A stretch of 64,000 bases of DNA, from positions 251,846-315,845 of the forward strand of contig JAWKQQ010000008.1 of NCBI GenBank assembly GCA_041390065.1, read 5' to 3'. The notes below the pieces were generated by a model, which saw only the letters and a program-made list of their open reading frames with translations, was not told the DNA's origin and ran no database searches. Below, piece after piece: positions 18,418-27,879 of the stretch. The stretch comes from Candidatus Krumholzibacteriia bacterium (lineage in GTDB: Bacteria; Krumholzibacteriota; Krumholzibacteriia; LZORAL124-64-63). Numbering within the stretch: position 1 is the stretch's first letter; the number at the start of each line of letters is the position of its first letter. The position numbers and the translations under genes were made by a program.

Positions 18418-19379
18418 TGCGACGATTCCTGGCCGACCTGCGTCCCTGGCGACGCCCCTACGACTGGTACGGGATCATCTACGCCCTCACGTCGGCCTGG
18501 TATCCCCTGCTGCATCCGGACTGCTTCGAGGTCCTGGCGCAGCCGGGCCCCCTGCAGACTCCGTTCGGGCACCTGGCCGTCCACCTGATGGCCGCCCTCC
18601 TGATGTTCCTCGCACCGCCGGTGCTGCGCCGACGCGGCGGTCGGATCGGCCGCGTGTTCGGCCTCATCTACCTGCCGCTCCTGTTCGGGCAGTTCTACGG
18701 CGAGCTGGCGTACCTCGGGGTGGTCTTCCGCGACTACGGCCATTCCTTCGACCCCGCGCTCATCGATCTCGAGCAGGCCCTCTGCGGCCTGCAGCCGAGC
18801 CTCGCGTGGTCGCGGGCCTGGCCCTGGCCGTGGCTGCTCGAGCTCATGGAGTTCGCCTACTTCAGCTACTACGCGTTCGCGGCCCTCGGCCTGGGGCTGA
18901 TCTGGCTGGCCAGCGGCCGCGACACCGCCACGCGGTGGGCGAACTCCGAGGCGCTGGTGCGCGACCTCAGTGCCGTCATGCTCACCTGCTACGCCTGGTA
19001 CACGTTCTTCCCGGTCTGGGGGCCCAAGTACTTCGCGTACCTGGGCGTGGCCGGATCGGTCGAGAGCGAGGGGCTGCGGGGCTGGGTGTTCACCGACCTC
19101 ATGCGCTGGATCCACGCCCACGGCGCCCTGCAGGGCGCGGCCTTCCCGTCGAGCCACGTCGCGGGCAGCCTGGTGAGCTGGTGGTGGGGCTGGAAGGTGG
19201 CGCCGCGACACCGCGGCTGGCTCACCGGACTGTGGGTGCTGCTCTGCCTGAGCATCGTCTACTGCCGCTACCACTACGTGGTCGACCTGCTCGGCGGACT
19301 CGCGTGGGGCGCGCTGATCGTCTGGCTGGTGGCGCGGTTCGGGACGGCCGAACGCCCGCCGGTGGGCGGGCGTTCGTGA
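18417..19379 (+). CDS. PAP2-superfamily integral membrane protein (candidate sphingolipid head-group phosphotransferase)
   Basis: Start MRRFLADL overlaps the upstream stop (TGATG). Multiple TM helices. Motifs FPSSHVAG and CRYHYVVDLLGG match the SGH and HYxxD motifs of the PAP2/LPT family. Confidence 0.6.
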   Translation: MRRFLADLRPWRRPYDWYGIIYALTSAWYPLLHPDCFEVLAQPGPLQTPFGHLAVHLMAALLMFLAPPVLRRRGGRIGRVFGLIYLPLLFGQFYGELAYLGVVFRDYGHSFDPALIDLEQALCGLQPSLAWSRAWPWPWLLELMEFAYFSYYAFAALGLGLIWLASGRDTATRWANSEALVRDLSAVMLTCYAWYTFFPVWGPKYFAYLGVAGSVESEGLRGWVFTDLMRWIHAHGALQGAAFPSSHVAGSLVSWWWGWKVAPRHRGWLTGLWVLLCLSIVYCRYHYVVDLLGGLAWGALIVWLVARFGTAERPPVGGRS

Positions 19380-19427
19380 TCCTCGGCGACGAGAGACGCG
19401 GCGCACGGCCGCGTGAGCCTAGACGCC

Positions 19428-19643
19428 TCAGCTGAAACCGCTGCCGCAACCGCCACCGGGCGCGCCGCAACCACCCGACGCCGTCGCCCCGGCCTGGCCA
19501 GTGGCGAACGACGACAGCGCGCGCTGGACCTTCTGGCTGCCGCAGGCCGGGCAGACCGCTTCGCCGGCCTCGAGCGCGGCGTAGGTCATGAGGTCCTCGA
19601 ACGTGTGCCGGCACTGCTGGCACTCGAACTCGAAGATGGGCAT
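19428..19643 (-). CDS. FmdB-family zinc-ribbon protein
   Basis: MPIFEFECQQCRHTFE..CPACGS with CxxC..CxxC. GGAGGG RBS. Confidence 0.7.
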   Translation of the reverse strand: MPIFEFECQQCRHTFEDLMTYAALEAGEAVCPACGSQKVQRALSSFATGQAGATASGGCGAPGGGCGSGFS

Positions 19644-19670
19644 GTCAGATCCCTCCGGAACGGCCTCCGG

Positions 19671-19808
19671 TCAGTCGGACTTGCCGACCGCCGGGGCGGG
19701 TTGGCTGGCCTTGGCGTCCACGTCGCCGGCCGCGGTCCTGGCCTCGCCATCGAGCTTGCGGGCGTCGTCCTTCGCGTGCGGGTCACCGACCTCGCAGACG
19801 TTGGCCAT
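19671..19808 (-). CDS. hypothetical small protein (45 aa)
   Basis: Manual translation MANVCEVGDPHAKDDARKLDGEARTAAGDVDAKASQPAPAVGKSD. Its ATG overlaps the stop of the upstream small ORF (TGAATG). Confidence 0.2.
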   Translation of the reverse strand: MANVCEVGDPHAKDDARKLDGEARTAAGDVDAKASQPAPAVGKSD

Positions 19809-19892
19809 TCAGCCACCCTTGAAGCCGAGGCGGGGCAGCACCACGTTGAACAGCACCAGGTACGCCACGATGAACAGGGCTACCTCGAGCAT
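19809..19892 (-). CDS. hypothetical small hydrophobic peptide (27 aa)
   Basis: Manual translation MLEVALFIVAYLVLFNVVLPRLGFKGG (a single TM helix). Confidence 0.2.
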   Translation of the reverse strand: MLEVALFIVAYLVLFNVVLPRLGFKGG

Positions 19893-20111
19893 GCGCGATC
19901 TCCACTTCGATTTAGTATCTGCATAACTCATTGACTAAATGTAACGACGATTCCGGGGCTGTCAAGCCTCGCCGGTCATTCCGGAGTGTATCCTATCGGC
20001 CGCCGGCGGCCCGACGCGAGCGCGAAATCGCTGGCCCCTGGCCGCCGATGCCTTATGATTTGCCCAGTTCGTGCCCGAAGCGCCGCCCGCACCATCCGGA
20101 GGCCCCGTCCC

Positions 20112-21823
20112 GTGAGCGAAGCCAAGTTCCGCCGCACCCTCGTCACCGCCGCCCTGCCCTACGCCAACGGCGAGATCCACCTCGGCCACCTGGCCGGCGC
20201 CTACCTGCCCGCCGACTTCTACGTCCGCTACCTGCGGCTGCGCGGCCGGCCCGTGCTGTTCATCTGCGGCACCGACGAGTATGGCGTGCCCATCACGCTG
20301 ACCGCCGAACGGGAGGGCATCAGCCCCAAGGACCTCGTGGACCGCAACCACGAGTCGATCAGGCGCAGCTTCGAGGGCCTGGGCATCGCCTTCGACAACT
20401 TCTCGCAGACCAGCCGCCCCATCCATACCGAGACCGCGCAAGCCTCTTCAAGGACCTCCACGCCCAGGGCAAGCTGATCCAGAAGACGTCGCAGCAATTC
20501 TACAGCCCCAGCCAGAACCGGTTCCTGGCCGACCGCTACATCGAGGGCACCTGCCCCAAGTGCAGCAGCGCCGGCGCTCGCGGCGACCAGTGCGAGTCGT
20601 GCGGCAGCAGCCTCGACCCCACCGACCTCATCGACCCGCACGACGTGCTGCGCGGCGAGCCCCTGGAACTGCGCGACACCGTCCACTGGTACCTGCCGCT
20701 GGGCGACTGGCAGCCCCGGCTGGAGGAATTCATCGATGCCCATCCGGAATGGAAGGACAACGTCAAGCAGTACTGCCGCTCCTGGTTCAAGGACGGCCTC
20801 GGCGACCGCGCCGTCACCCGCGACATCGCCTGGGGCGTGCCCGTGCCCCTGCCCGACCACGAGGGTAAGGTCCTCTACGTGTGGTTCGACGCGCCCATCG
20901 GCTACATCTCGAGCACCCGCGAGTGGGCCCACGAGCAGGGCGATCCCGAGGCCTGGCGCGTGTGGTGGCAGGACCGCGAGACGCGCCTCGTCCACTTCAT
21001 CGGCAAGGACAACGTGGTCTTCCACACGCTGATGTTCCCGGCCATGCTGATGGCCCACAGCGAGCCCTGGATCCTGCCCGACAACGTGCCGGCCAACGAG
21101 TTCCTCAACCTCGAGGGCCGCAAGCTGTCCACCAGCCGCGGCTTCGCCGTGTGGCTGCCGGAGTATCTGGCGTCCTACCAGCCCGACCCGTTGCGTTACG
21201 TCATGGCCCGCAACCTGCCCGAGACTCGCGACATGAACTTCACCTGGGAGAACTTCCTGGCGCGCAACGACAACGAGCTGGGCAACAACTTCGGCAACCT
21301 CATCAACCGGGTGTTCACCTTCGTCCACCGGTACTTCGACGGCCTGGTGCCCGAATGGACGGAGGAGGCCATGCTGCCGATGGACCACGCGGTGCTCGCC
21401 GAGGTGGCCGAGCTGCGCGAACGGTGGGCGACCCACCTGGAGCGGTTCGAGGTCAAGGCAGCCATGGAATGCGCGTTCGCCGCCGGCCAGGCGGGCAACC
21501 GCTACTTCGACGAATCGGCGCCGTTCACCAGCCGCAAGACCGACCTCGTTCGCTGCGGCCAGAGCCTCGCCGTGTCCCTGCAGGTGCTGCGACAGCTGGC
21601 GCTCATGCTCGCGCCCATCTGCCCGTTCGGCATGGAGAAGCTCTGGCGGTGGCTGGGCATGGAGACGCCGCTGTTCTTCGGCGCCTGGGACGAGGGCCTG
21701 CGGCCCTTGCCGGCCGGACGCGAGCTCGGCCAGCCGGAGATCCTGTTCCCGCGCCTGGATCCGGACCTGATCCAGGCCGAGGTGGACCGGCTGCAGCAGC
21801 TGGTGGAGGACAAGCCCGCCTGA
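20112..21823 (+). CDS. metG: methionyl-tRNA synthetase (short form; apparent frameshift near 20443)
   Basis: GTG start after GGAGG. The N-terminus (..PYANGEIHLGHL..) is in the ORF frame starting at 19986. The remainder (..KMSKS-class body, WYLPL.., anticodon-binding domain) is in the frame of ORF 19931..21823. Confidence 0.85.
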
Positions 21824-21843
21824 CCCGGTTCGCGCCAGGACAC

Positions 21844-21877
21844 GAACGGGGCGTGCCGCCGCAGCGACGCGCCCCGT
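21844..21877. terminator. convergent-gene hairpin (bidirectional terminator-like)
   Basis: GAACGGGGCG-N14-CGCCCCGTTC: perfect 10-bp stem between the metG and sugar-transferase 3' ends. Confidence 0.4.
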
Positions 21878-21891
21878 TCTTCAGCTCAGGC

Positions 21892-22656
21892 TCAGCGCGC
21901 TCCGCTCCCTCGTAGGACCACCCCCACGGTCCGGGCGAGGATCTTCAGGTCGGTGACGAGGCCCGCCTCGCGCACGTAGCGACGGTCCAGGGCCACCTTA
22001 CGGCGCACCGACTCGAGGTCCGTATCGTAGCCGTTCTCCACCTGGGCCAGGCCGGTGATGCCGGGCCGCACGAGCAGGCGCTCGCGGTAACGCGGCACCT
22101 CCTGCTCGAACTGGTTGATGAAGCAGAGCCGCTCCGGCCGCGGCCCCACCACGCTCATCTCGCCGCGCAGCACGTTCCAGAACTGCGGCACCTCGTCCAG
22201 GCGGCTCTTGCGCAGGAAGCGGCCCACGCGGGTGACCCGGGCGTCGTTGACCGACGCCCACCGGGGCCCGTTGCGCTCGGCGTCGGTGACCATGGTGCGC
22301 AGCTTCCAGACCTGGAACGGTCGGCCCGGCGCCATGGCCCGCCGACGATCGCGGCCCACGGAGCACCGATCGCGCCGTCGGTCGTGGCCCACCCGGTCCT
22401 GGCGGTAGAACACCGGTCCGGGCGAATCGAGCTTGATGATCAGCGCCAGCACCGGCAGGACGACGGCGAACGCCGCCAGCCCGACCGTCGCCGTGGTCAG
22501 ATCCAGCACCCGCTGGGCGCTCCGGGTATAGGCGACGGGCCGCGCCGGCGACGGCTCCAGCCATTCGGCGCGCGGCTGGCTGGCCGGTCGACGCGCCAGC
22601 TGGCCCTCGGCGGCCTGCAGGCGGTCCTCGATCGTGGTGGCGTTCTGTCTGGACAT
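21892..22656 (-). CDS. bacterial sugar transferase (undecaprenyl-phosphate glycosyl-1-phosphate transferase family)
   Basis: Start MSRQNATTIEDRL. Conserved motifs VGPRPE and RPGITGLAQV. Carries an Arg-rich, roughly 20-aa insertion between RVG and GRPF. Confidence 0.7.
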   Translation of the reverse strand: MSRQNATTIEDRLQAAEGQLARRPASQPRAEWLEPSPARPVAYTRSAQRVLDLTTATVGLAAFAVVLPVLALIIKLDSPGPVFYRQDRVGHDRRRDRCSVGRDRRRAMAPGRPFQVWKLRTMVTDAERNGPRWASVNDARVTRVGRFLRKSRLDEVPQFWNVLRGEMSVVGPRPERLCFINQFEQEVPRYRERLLVRPGITGLAQVENGYDTDLESVRRKVALDRRYVREAGLVTDLKILARTVGVVLRGSGAR

Positions 22657-23045
22657 CACTGGATCCCCCGGGGAGGCGTTACGGGACCTGGGACTGGCTG
22701 ACGTGCCGCGGTTGTTTCCGGTCCTCATGATGTCTTACGCGTCAATGTGAACGCCGCTGGACCACGATCGTCACACCCCGTCTCTTGTCCCGCGAAGATT
22801 CGTGCTGCCTCGATCACGGCGACGTCCGGCCAACCAGGGAACACCTATGATCAAATTCAAAGACAGAATAGGCATCAGCATCGACACACCTTCTCGACCG
22901 AACTGCCAGCCGAAATCTTCGCGGCATAACCAGGGGTTTGCCAGATGGGCCCCGCCACCGCACAATGGGAGGATCTCAGGACGCCCCCACCGCCACACCG
23001 CCATGCCGGGGCGTCCGACCAGCCTTCCCTCCACCCCGGAGTGCA

Positions 23046-23745
23046 CGGATTGACCACCAACCTGCCCGACGTGCTCGACGCCCTGGTCAAGCTCGTCCTC
23101 GCGGCCGCCCTCGGCGGTCTCATCGGGTTCGAACGCGACAAGCACGGCCGCGCCGCCGGCCTGCGCACCCACCTGCTCGTGAGCATGGGCGCCGCGGTCT
23201 TCATGATCCTCTCGCGCCACGTCGCGGCCCAGACGTCCGGATCGGGTTACATCGCCGATCCCGGCCGGATCGCCGCCCAGATCGTCGCCGGCATCGGTTT
23301 CCTCGGCGCGGGCGTCATCCTCAAGACCGGACACCACGTCCGCGGGTTGACCACCGCGGCGTGCTTGTGGACGGCGGCCGGGGTGGGCATGGCGGCGGGC
23401 GGCGGCTTCTACGCGATCGCCGGGGCGACGACAGCCCTGGCCCTGCTGAGCCTCGTCCTGCTCAAGGTCCTCGAACGCCGCTACGCCAAGGATTCCTACC
23501 GCGTGCTCTCGGTCGTCACGTCCCTCGACGTGACGGCTTCCGACGTCATCGCCGCCGTCAAGCGGGCCGACGTCACCGTCATCAGCTGCGACATCAGGCG
23601 CGACTACATGGCGCAGACGGCCACCACACGGCTGAGCATCCGGATCTACCATCGGGGGATCACCGACAAGCTCGCCCACGGCATCGTGGCCTCCCTGGAC
23701 GCGTCGGCCATGGACCTGCGCGAGGTGAGCTGGGGCCAATCCTGA
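23046..23745 (+). CDS. mgtC: MgtC/SapB-family membrane protein
   Basis: LVKLVLAAALGGLIGFERDKHGRAAGLRTHLLV N-terminal signature. The start codon is uncertain (TTG 23046 or GTG 23037). Confidence 0.7.
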
Positions 23746-23756
23746 GCCACGGGCCT

Positions 23757-24369
23757 TCAGCGGCGGGCCGCCGGCTCGTCGCGGGTCGCACGGATGAGGC
23801 CGGAGGCTGCGGATGCGTTCGCCTCCGTCGTCGTGCTGTCCACCACCGCGTCGAGAGCCTGCAGGCGCAGCTCGAGCTCCGCCAGGCGGCGCTGCAGATG
23901 CTGGCGCTCGGCGCGCAGGTCGTCCTGGCGGAGCTGCAGGGCGACGCGCCCATCGCGGCCGGCGATTTCGGCACGGGCGCCCACCTCGGCCAGGTCGTTC
24001 CGCACGAGCCGCATGCCGTCGCGGATCCGTCCGTAGCCCGCGGCCACGGTGTCGAGTTCGGCGCTGAGCTCGTCGCGCAGGCCGGCCCAGCGTTCGGTGA
24101 CGATGGCCACTCGGCCGGGTGCGGATGAGGGCGGAATCGAGGCTCGCGAGGCGAGGCCGGAGGCTGCGGTCGAGCCGGGAGAGGTCGTCGGCAACGTCGG
24201 CCAGCCTCAGATCGAGGGACTCGAGCCGGGCCTCGGCGCGCTGGCGGGCGGCGGCTTCCTGCAGCAGGGCGGCGTCGAGATCGTGGCGGGTGGCGACGCC
24301 GAACACGGAGCAGCCGCTCGAGGCGGCGAGGGCGATGACGAGGGGCAGAAGAACGAGGCTGCGGTGCAT
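23757..24369 (-). CDS. coiled-coil lipoprotein, unknown function (possible frameshift near 24110)
   Basis: Lipobox MHRSLVLLPLVIALAASSGC. Heptad-like Leu/Arg/Ala-rich sequence continues in two frames. Confidence 0.35.
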
Positions 24370-24512
24370 GGAAGACCTCCCCGCCCGGACGCAGGCCCGG
24401 GCACGTGACGGAACCGTCTGCGTTGAGCGGGGTGGCAGCCGCCTGCCCGTGAGGACGGCGGTGTCGAGATCAGTGTACGGAGCCGGCGGCCGCAGGGCAA
24501 CCGGAGCGCCGG

Positions 24513-25664
24513 CTAGCCGAAGAGCGCCAGGAACACGCCGGCCGCGACGGCCGAGCCGATGACCCCGGCCACGTTGGGCCCCATGGCCGCCATCAGCGGG
24601 TTCACCTTGCCGCGGGTCTCCTTGCTCACCAGCGTCTGCACCACCCGCGCAGCCATGGGCACGGCCGACACGCCGGCCGCTCCCAGGCAGGGGTTGATGC
24701 GCCGCTCGCGAGGCAGGAACACGTTCAGCAGCTTAGCGAACACGACGCCGCCGAAGGTCGAGAACGCGAACGCGATCGCGCCGATCACCAGCACGAACAG
24801 GGTGCGCGGGCTGAGGAACGTGTCGCCCTCCATGGTGGAGCCCACCACCAGGCCGAGGAAGATGGTGACGATGTTGATGAGCGGGCCGCCCGCCGTCTTG
24901 ACCAGGCGCTCGGTCACGCCCGACTCGCGCAGCAGGTTGCCGAACATCAGCATGCCCAGCAGCGGGGCGCAGGACGGCACGGCCAGGATGGCGACCGTCG
25001 CGGTGATGATCGGGAACAGGATGGCCGCCGCCCGCGACACGGGCCGCATCTCGCCCGCCGGCAGGGCACGCTCGGCCTTCGATGTGAGCAACCGCATGAT
25101 GGGCGGCTGGATGACGGGCACCAGCGCCATGTAGCTGTAGGCCGCCACCGCGATCGCCCCCAGCAGGTCGGGCGCCAGCTTGGAGGCCAGGAAGATGGAC
25201 GTCGGGCCGTCGGCGCCGCCGATGATGCCGATCGCGGCCGCTTCCTGCAGGGTGAAGCCGAACAGGTAGAACGCGCCCATCGCGGCGACGAAGATGCCGA
25301 ACTGGGCCGCCGCGCCGAGCAGGAAGGTGACCGGCCGCCCGAGCAGCGGGCGGAAGTCGGTCAGGGCGCCGACCCCGAGGAACACCACCGGCGGCAGGAA
25401 CTCCGTGCGCACGCCGGCGTCGTAGACCAGCTGCAGCAGGTGGTGGCCGGCGCTGTCGCCGTGGCCGGCATACGAGGCCGCCATGCCCGCCAGCGGCAGG
25501 TTGGCCAGGATGGCGCCGAAGCCGATGGGGATCAGCAGCAACGGCTCGTACTCGCGGGTGACGGCCAGGTAGATGAGCAGGCCGCCGATCGCGAACATCA
25601 CCAGGTTCTGCCAGCCCAGGCTGGCGAAGCCCGAGCTCTGCACCAGCGTGGTGAGGGCCTCCAT
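24513..25664 (-). CDS. oadB: Na+-translocating decarboxylase beta subunit
   Basis: 383-aa polytopic protein with the typical OadB/GcdB/MmdB sequence. Confidence 0.85.
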   Translation of the reverse strand: MEALTTLVQSSGFASLGWQNLVMFAIGGLLIYLAVTREYEPLLLIPIGFGAILANLPLAGMAASYAGHGDSAGHHLLQLVYDAGVRTEFLPPVVFLGVGALTDFRPLLGRPVTFLLGAAAQFGIFVAAMGAFYLFGFTLQEAAAIGIIGGADGPTSIFLASKLAPDLLGAIAVAAYSYMALVPVIQPPIMRLLTSKAERALPAGEMRPVSRAAAILFPIITATVAILAVPSCAPLLGMLMFGNLLRESGVTERLVKTAGGPLINIVTIFLGLVVGSTMEGDTFLSPRTLFVLVIGAIAFAFSTFGGVVFAKLLNVFLPRERRINPCLGAAGVSAVPMAARVVQTLVSKETRGKVNPLMAAMGPNVAGVIGSAVAAGVFLALFG

Positions 25665-25667
25665 GCC

Positions 25668-27554
25668 TTAGCCTCCGATGGTGAGGATGGGCTTGCCCGC
25701 GTCCACGTCGTCGCCCAGGGCGCAGTCGATCGACATGACCGTGCCCGACACCGGCGCCATGACGTCGTGCTTGGCCTTCATGGCCTCGACGGCGGCCACG
25801 GCCTGGCCCTCGGCCACCTTGTCGCCCACCTTCACGTTGATCTCCACCAGCTCGGTCTTGCCCTCGAACGGAGAGTAGACCGGCGTCGCGCCCGTGGCGG
25901 CGACCGGCGCCGTCGCCGCCCCGGCGCTCGGCGCCACGGCACGTCCAGCCGTCCCGGGGGCGCCGGCCGGAGGCTCGATCGTGATGGTGAAGTTCCGCGT
26001 CTTGCCGTTCTCGGTCACCGCGCAGCGGGTCACCACGGCCGAGGTGAACATGGGCGCCGAGCCCGGCTGGGCGGCCGGCGTCGGCGTGGACGCCGGAGCG
26101 GTCGTCGCGGCGGCCGCGGCCGGCTTCTTCAGCGGCAGCACGATCTTGGCCTTGCCGGTGAGCAGGCGGATGCCCTCGTTGAGGTCCATGTTCTTGCCCG
26201 GCACGATGGCCGCGGCCACCAGGAAGATGTTCTCGTCGGTGACGGGCAGGCCGCGCTCCTCGAGCGCTTGGCGGGCGGGGACAAGGCTGTCGGGCGCGGC
26301 CTCGAGCGGGTCGCCGGTGAACGGCTCGAGCTTCAGCTGCTCGCTCGCGAGCTTGATCACCGCGGGATCCGGGTCCAGGGGCGTGCGCCCGAAGTAGCCC
26401 AGGACCGACTTGCCGTAGCCGGCGTCGATCTTCTGCCAGCGTCCGTACAGCACGTTGTTGAAGGCCTGCAACCAGTATTGCTGGCTGCCCGGCGTCACGC
26501 TCGTCCACGCTCCGCCGGCGCGCACGACGACCGGGAACTCGGCGAGCACCTCGCCGTAGCGCGCGAGGATGCCGGCCTCCTTCATCATGTGCACGTTGGG
26601 GCCGATGGCGCCGCCGGGCATCGGGAACCCCACCACGCGGGCGTCGGCGGTGGTGGTGACCGGGTTGAACTCGTAGGCGGCGAGTCCCTCCTCGATCATC
26701 TGTTCGACCTCGTTGATCATGGCCACGTCGAGGTCGAGGCTGTAGCCGGTGCCCTTGAGGCCGTGCGCGAGGGAGCGGACGTCGGGCTGGACGGTGCCGC
26801 TGGCCATGGGCCGGCAGCTGAGGTCCACGCCGTCGGCGCCGCCCTCGATGGAGGCCAGGTACTGGGCCACGCCGATGCTCGCGGTGTCGTGGGTGTGGTG
26901 CCAGAGCTTCACCTCGGGCGGCAGCAGGGCCTTGATCCCCTTCGCCGTCTCGTAGCAGGTCCGCGGGTCGGTGGTTCCCGAGGCGTCCTTCATGCAGACC
27001 GAGTCGAAGTGCATGCCCGAGGCCAGGATACGCTTCACCACGTCGATGTAGAACTCGGGCGTATGGACCTTGTCGTCGTGGAACGGCATGCCCATCATGG
27101 CCACGCAGACCTGGTGGTGCATGCCGGCGTCGACGATGGGCTTGCCAGTCTTCACCAGGTTCTCGACGTCGTTCATGAAGTCGAAGTTGCGGTCGTAGGT
27201 CGTGCCGTGCTTGGCCATCAGCTTGGCCTGCAGGCCGAGGGCGTCCAGGCGCTGGGTGGTCAGCGTGACGCCCGACACCGATCGCGTGAGGATCTGCAGG
27301 TCGACGTCCGGCCCCACGGCCTGGCGCATGCGATCCATGCTCTCGAAGGGGTTCTCGCCCACGTAGAAGTACGGGGCCTGATAGCGGGCGCCGCCGCCGA
27401 ACTCCAGGTGGCGCAGCCCGGCTTTCTTGGCCGCGAACTCCATGGCGGGCAGGATGTCGTCGAGGCGCACCTTGCCGCCGAAGGAACTCTGCAGGCCATC
27501 GCGGAAAGGCGTGAAATGGACGCTGATCTTCTTGGGCTTGTCGGTGAAGATCAT
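25668..27554 (-). CDS. oadA: oxaloacetate decarboxylase alpha subunit (carboxyltransferase + biotinyl domain)
   Basis: Start MIFTDKPKKISVHFTPFRDG (GGAGAAG RBS). HMGL-like carboxyltransferase domain. C-terminal biotinyl-lysine motif EAMKAKH. Confidence 0.85.
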   Translation of the reverse strand: MIFTDKPKKISVHFTPFRDGLQSSFGGKVRLDDILPAMEFAAKKAGLRHLEFGGGARYQAPYFYVGENPFESMDRMRQAVGPDVDLQILTRSVSGVTLTTQRLDALGLQAKLMAKHGTTYDRNFDFMNDVENLVKTGKPIVDAGMHHQVCVAMMGMPFHDDKVHTPEFYIDVVKRILASGMHFDSVCMKDASGTTDPRTCYETAKGIKALLPPEVKLWHHTHDTASIGVAQYLASIEGGADGVDLSCRPMASGTVQPDVRSLAHGLKGTGYSLDLDVAMINEVEQMIEEGLAAYEFNPVTTTADARVVGFPMPGGAIGPNVHMMKEAGILARYGEVLAEFPVVVRAGGAWTSVTPGSQQYWLQAFNNVLYGRWQKIDAGYGKSVLGYFGRTPLDPDPAVIKLASEQLKLEPFTGDPLEAAPDSLVPARQALEERGLPVTDENIFLVAAAIVPGKNMDLNEGIRLLTGKAKIVLPLKKPAAAAATTAPASTPTPAAQPGSAPMFTSAVVTRCAVTENGKTRNFTITIEPPAGAPGTAGRAVAPSAGAATAPVAATGATPVYSPFEGKTELVEINVKVGDKVAEGQAVAAVEAMKAKHDVMAPVSGTVMSIDCALGDDVDAGKPILTIGG

Positions 27555-27754
27555 GACTTCTCCTCGATGCGGGTGACCCTCGCGCCGGGCGCGAACGTGG
27601 CCACGGCCGTGGCGATGGCTGCGGTGACGGTGGCGTCGACGCCGGACTGGCGGACGGGGAAGACCGCGGTGATGGCGCGCATGACGGCGGCGAGGAGCGC
27701 CAGCAGGAGGAAGACCGCCGTGAAGGCGATGATGCAGGCCAGGACCAGGTTCAA
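27551..27754 (-). CDS. oadG: decarboxylase gamma subunit (OadG-like small membrane anchor)
   Basis: TTG start after GGAAGGA. Translation ..NLVLACIIAFTAVFLLLALLAAVMRAI.. is a single TM helix. Its stop overlaps the oadA ATG (ATGA). Confidence 0.5.
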   Translation of the reverse strand: MNLVLACIIAFTAVFLLLALLAAVMRAITAVFPVRQSGVDATVTAAIATAVATFAPGARVTRIEEKS

Positions 27755-27879
27755 GGCGGATCCTTCCACTTGACGGTCTGGACACCGTCGATCCTGTTCG
27801 ATGCACCGGGGTCTCGATGACGCAGTGTTGCACCGGCTGGCCCGGGGATCAAGCCGAGAGTTGCACCCTGCGGGGTCGG

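Noticed and set aside
22729-23045. M-box (ykoK) Mg2+ riboswitch upstream of mgtC
   Set aside because: The consensus motifs could not be recognised by eye. This is left as untested.
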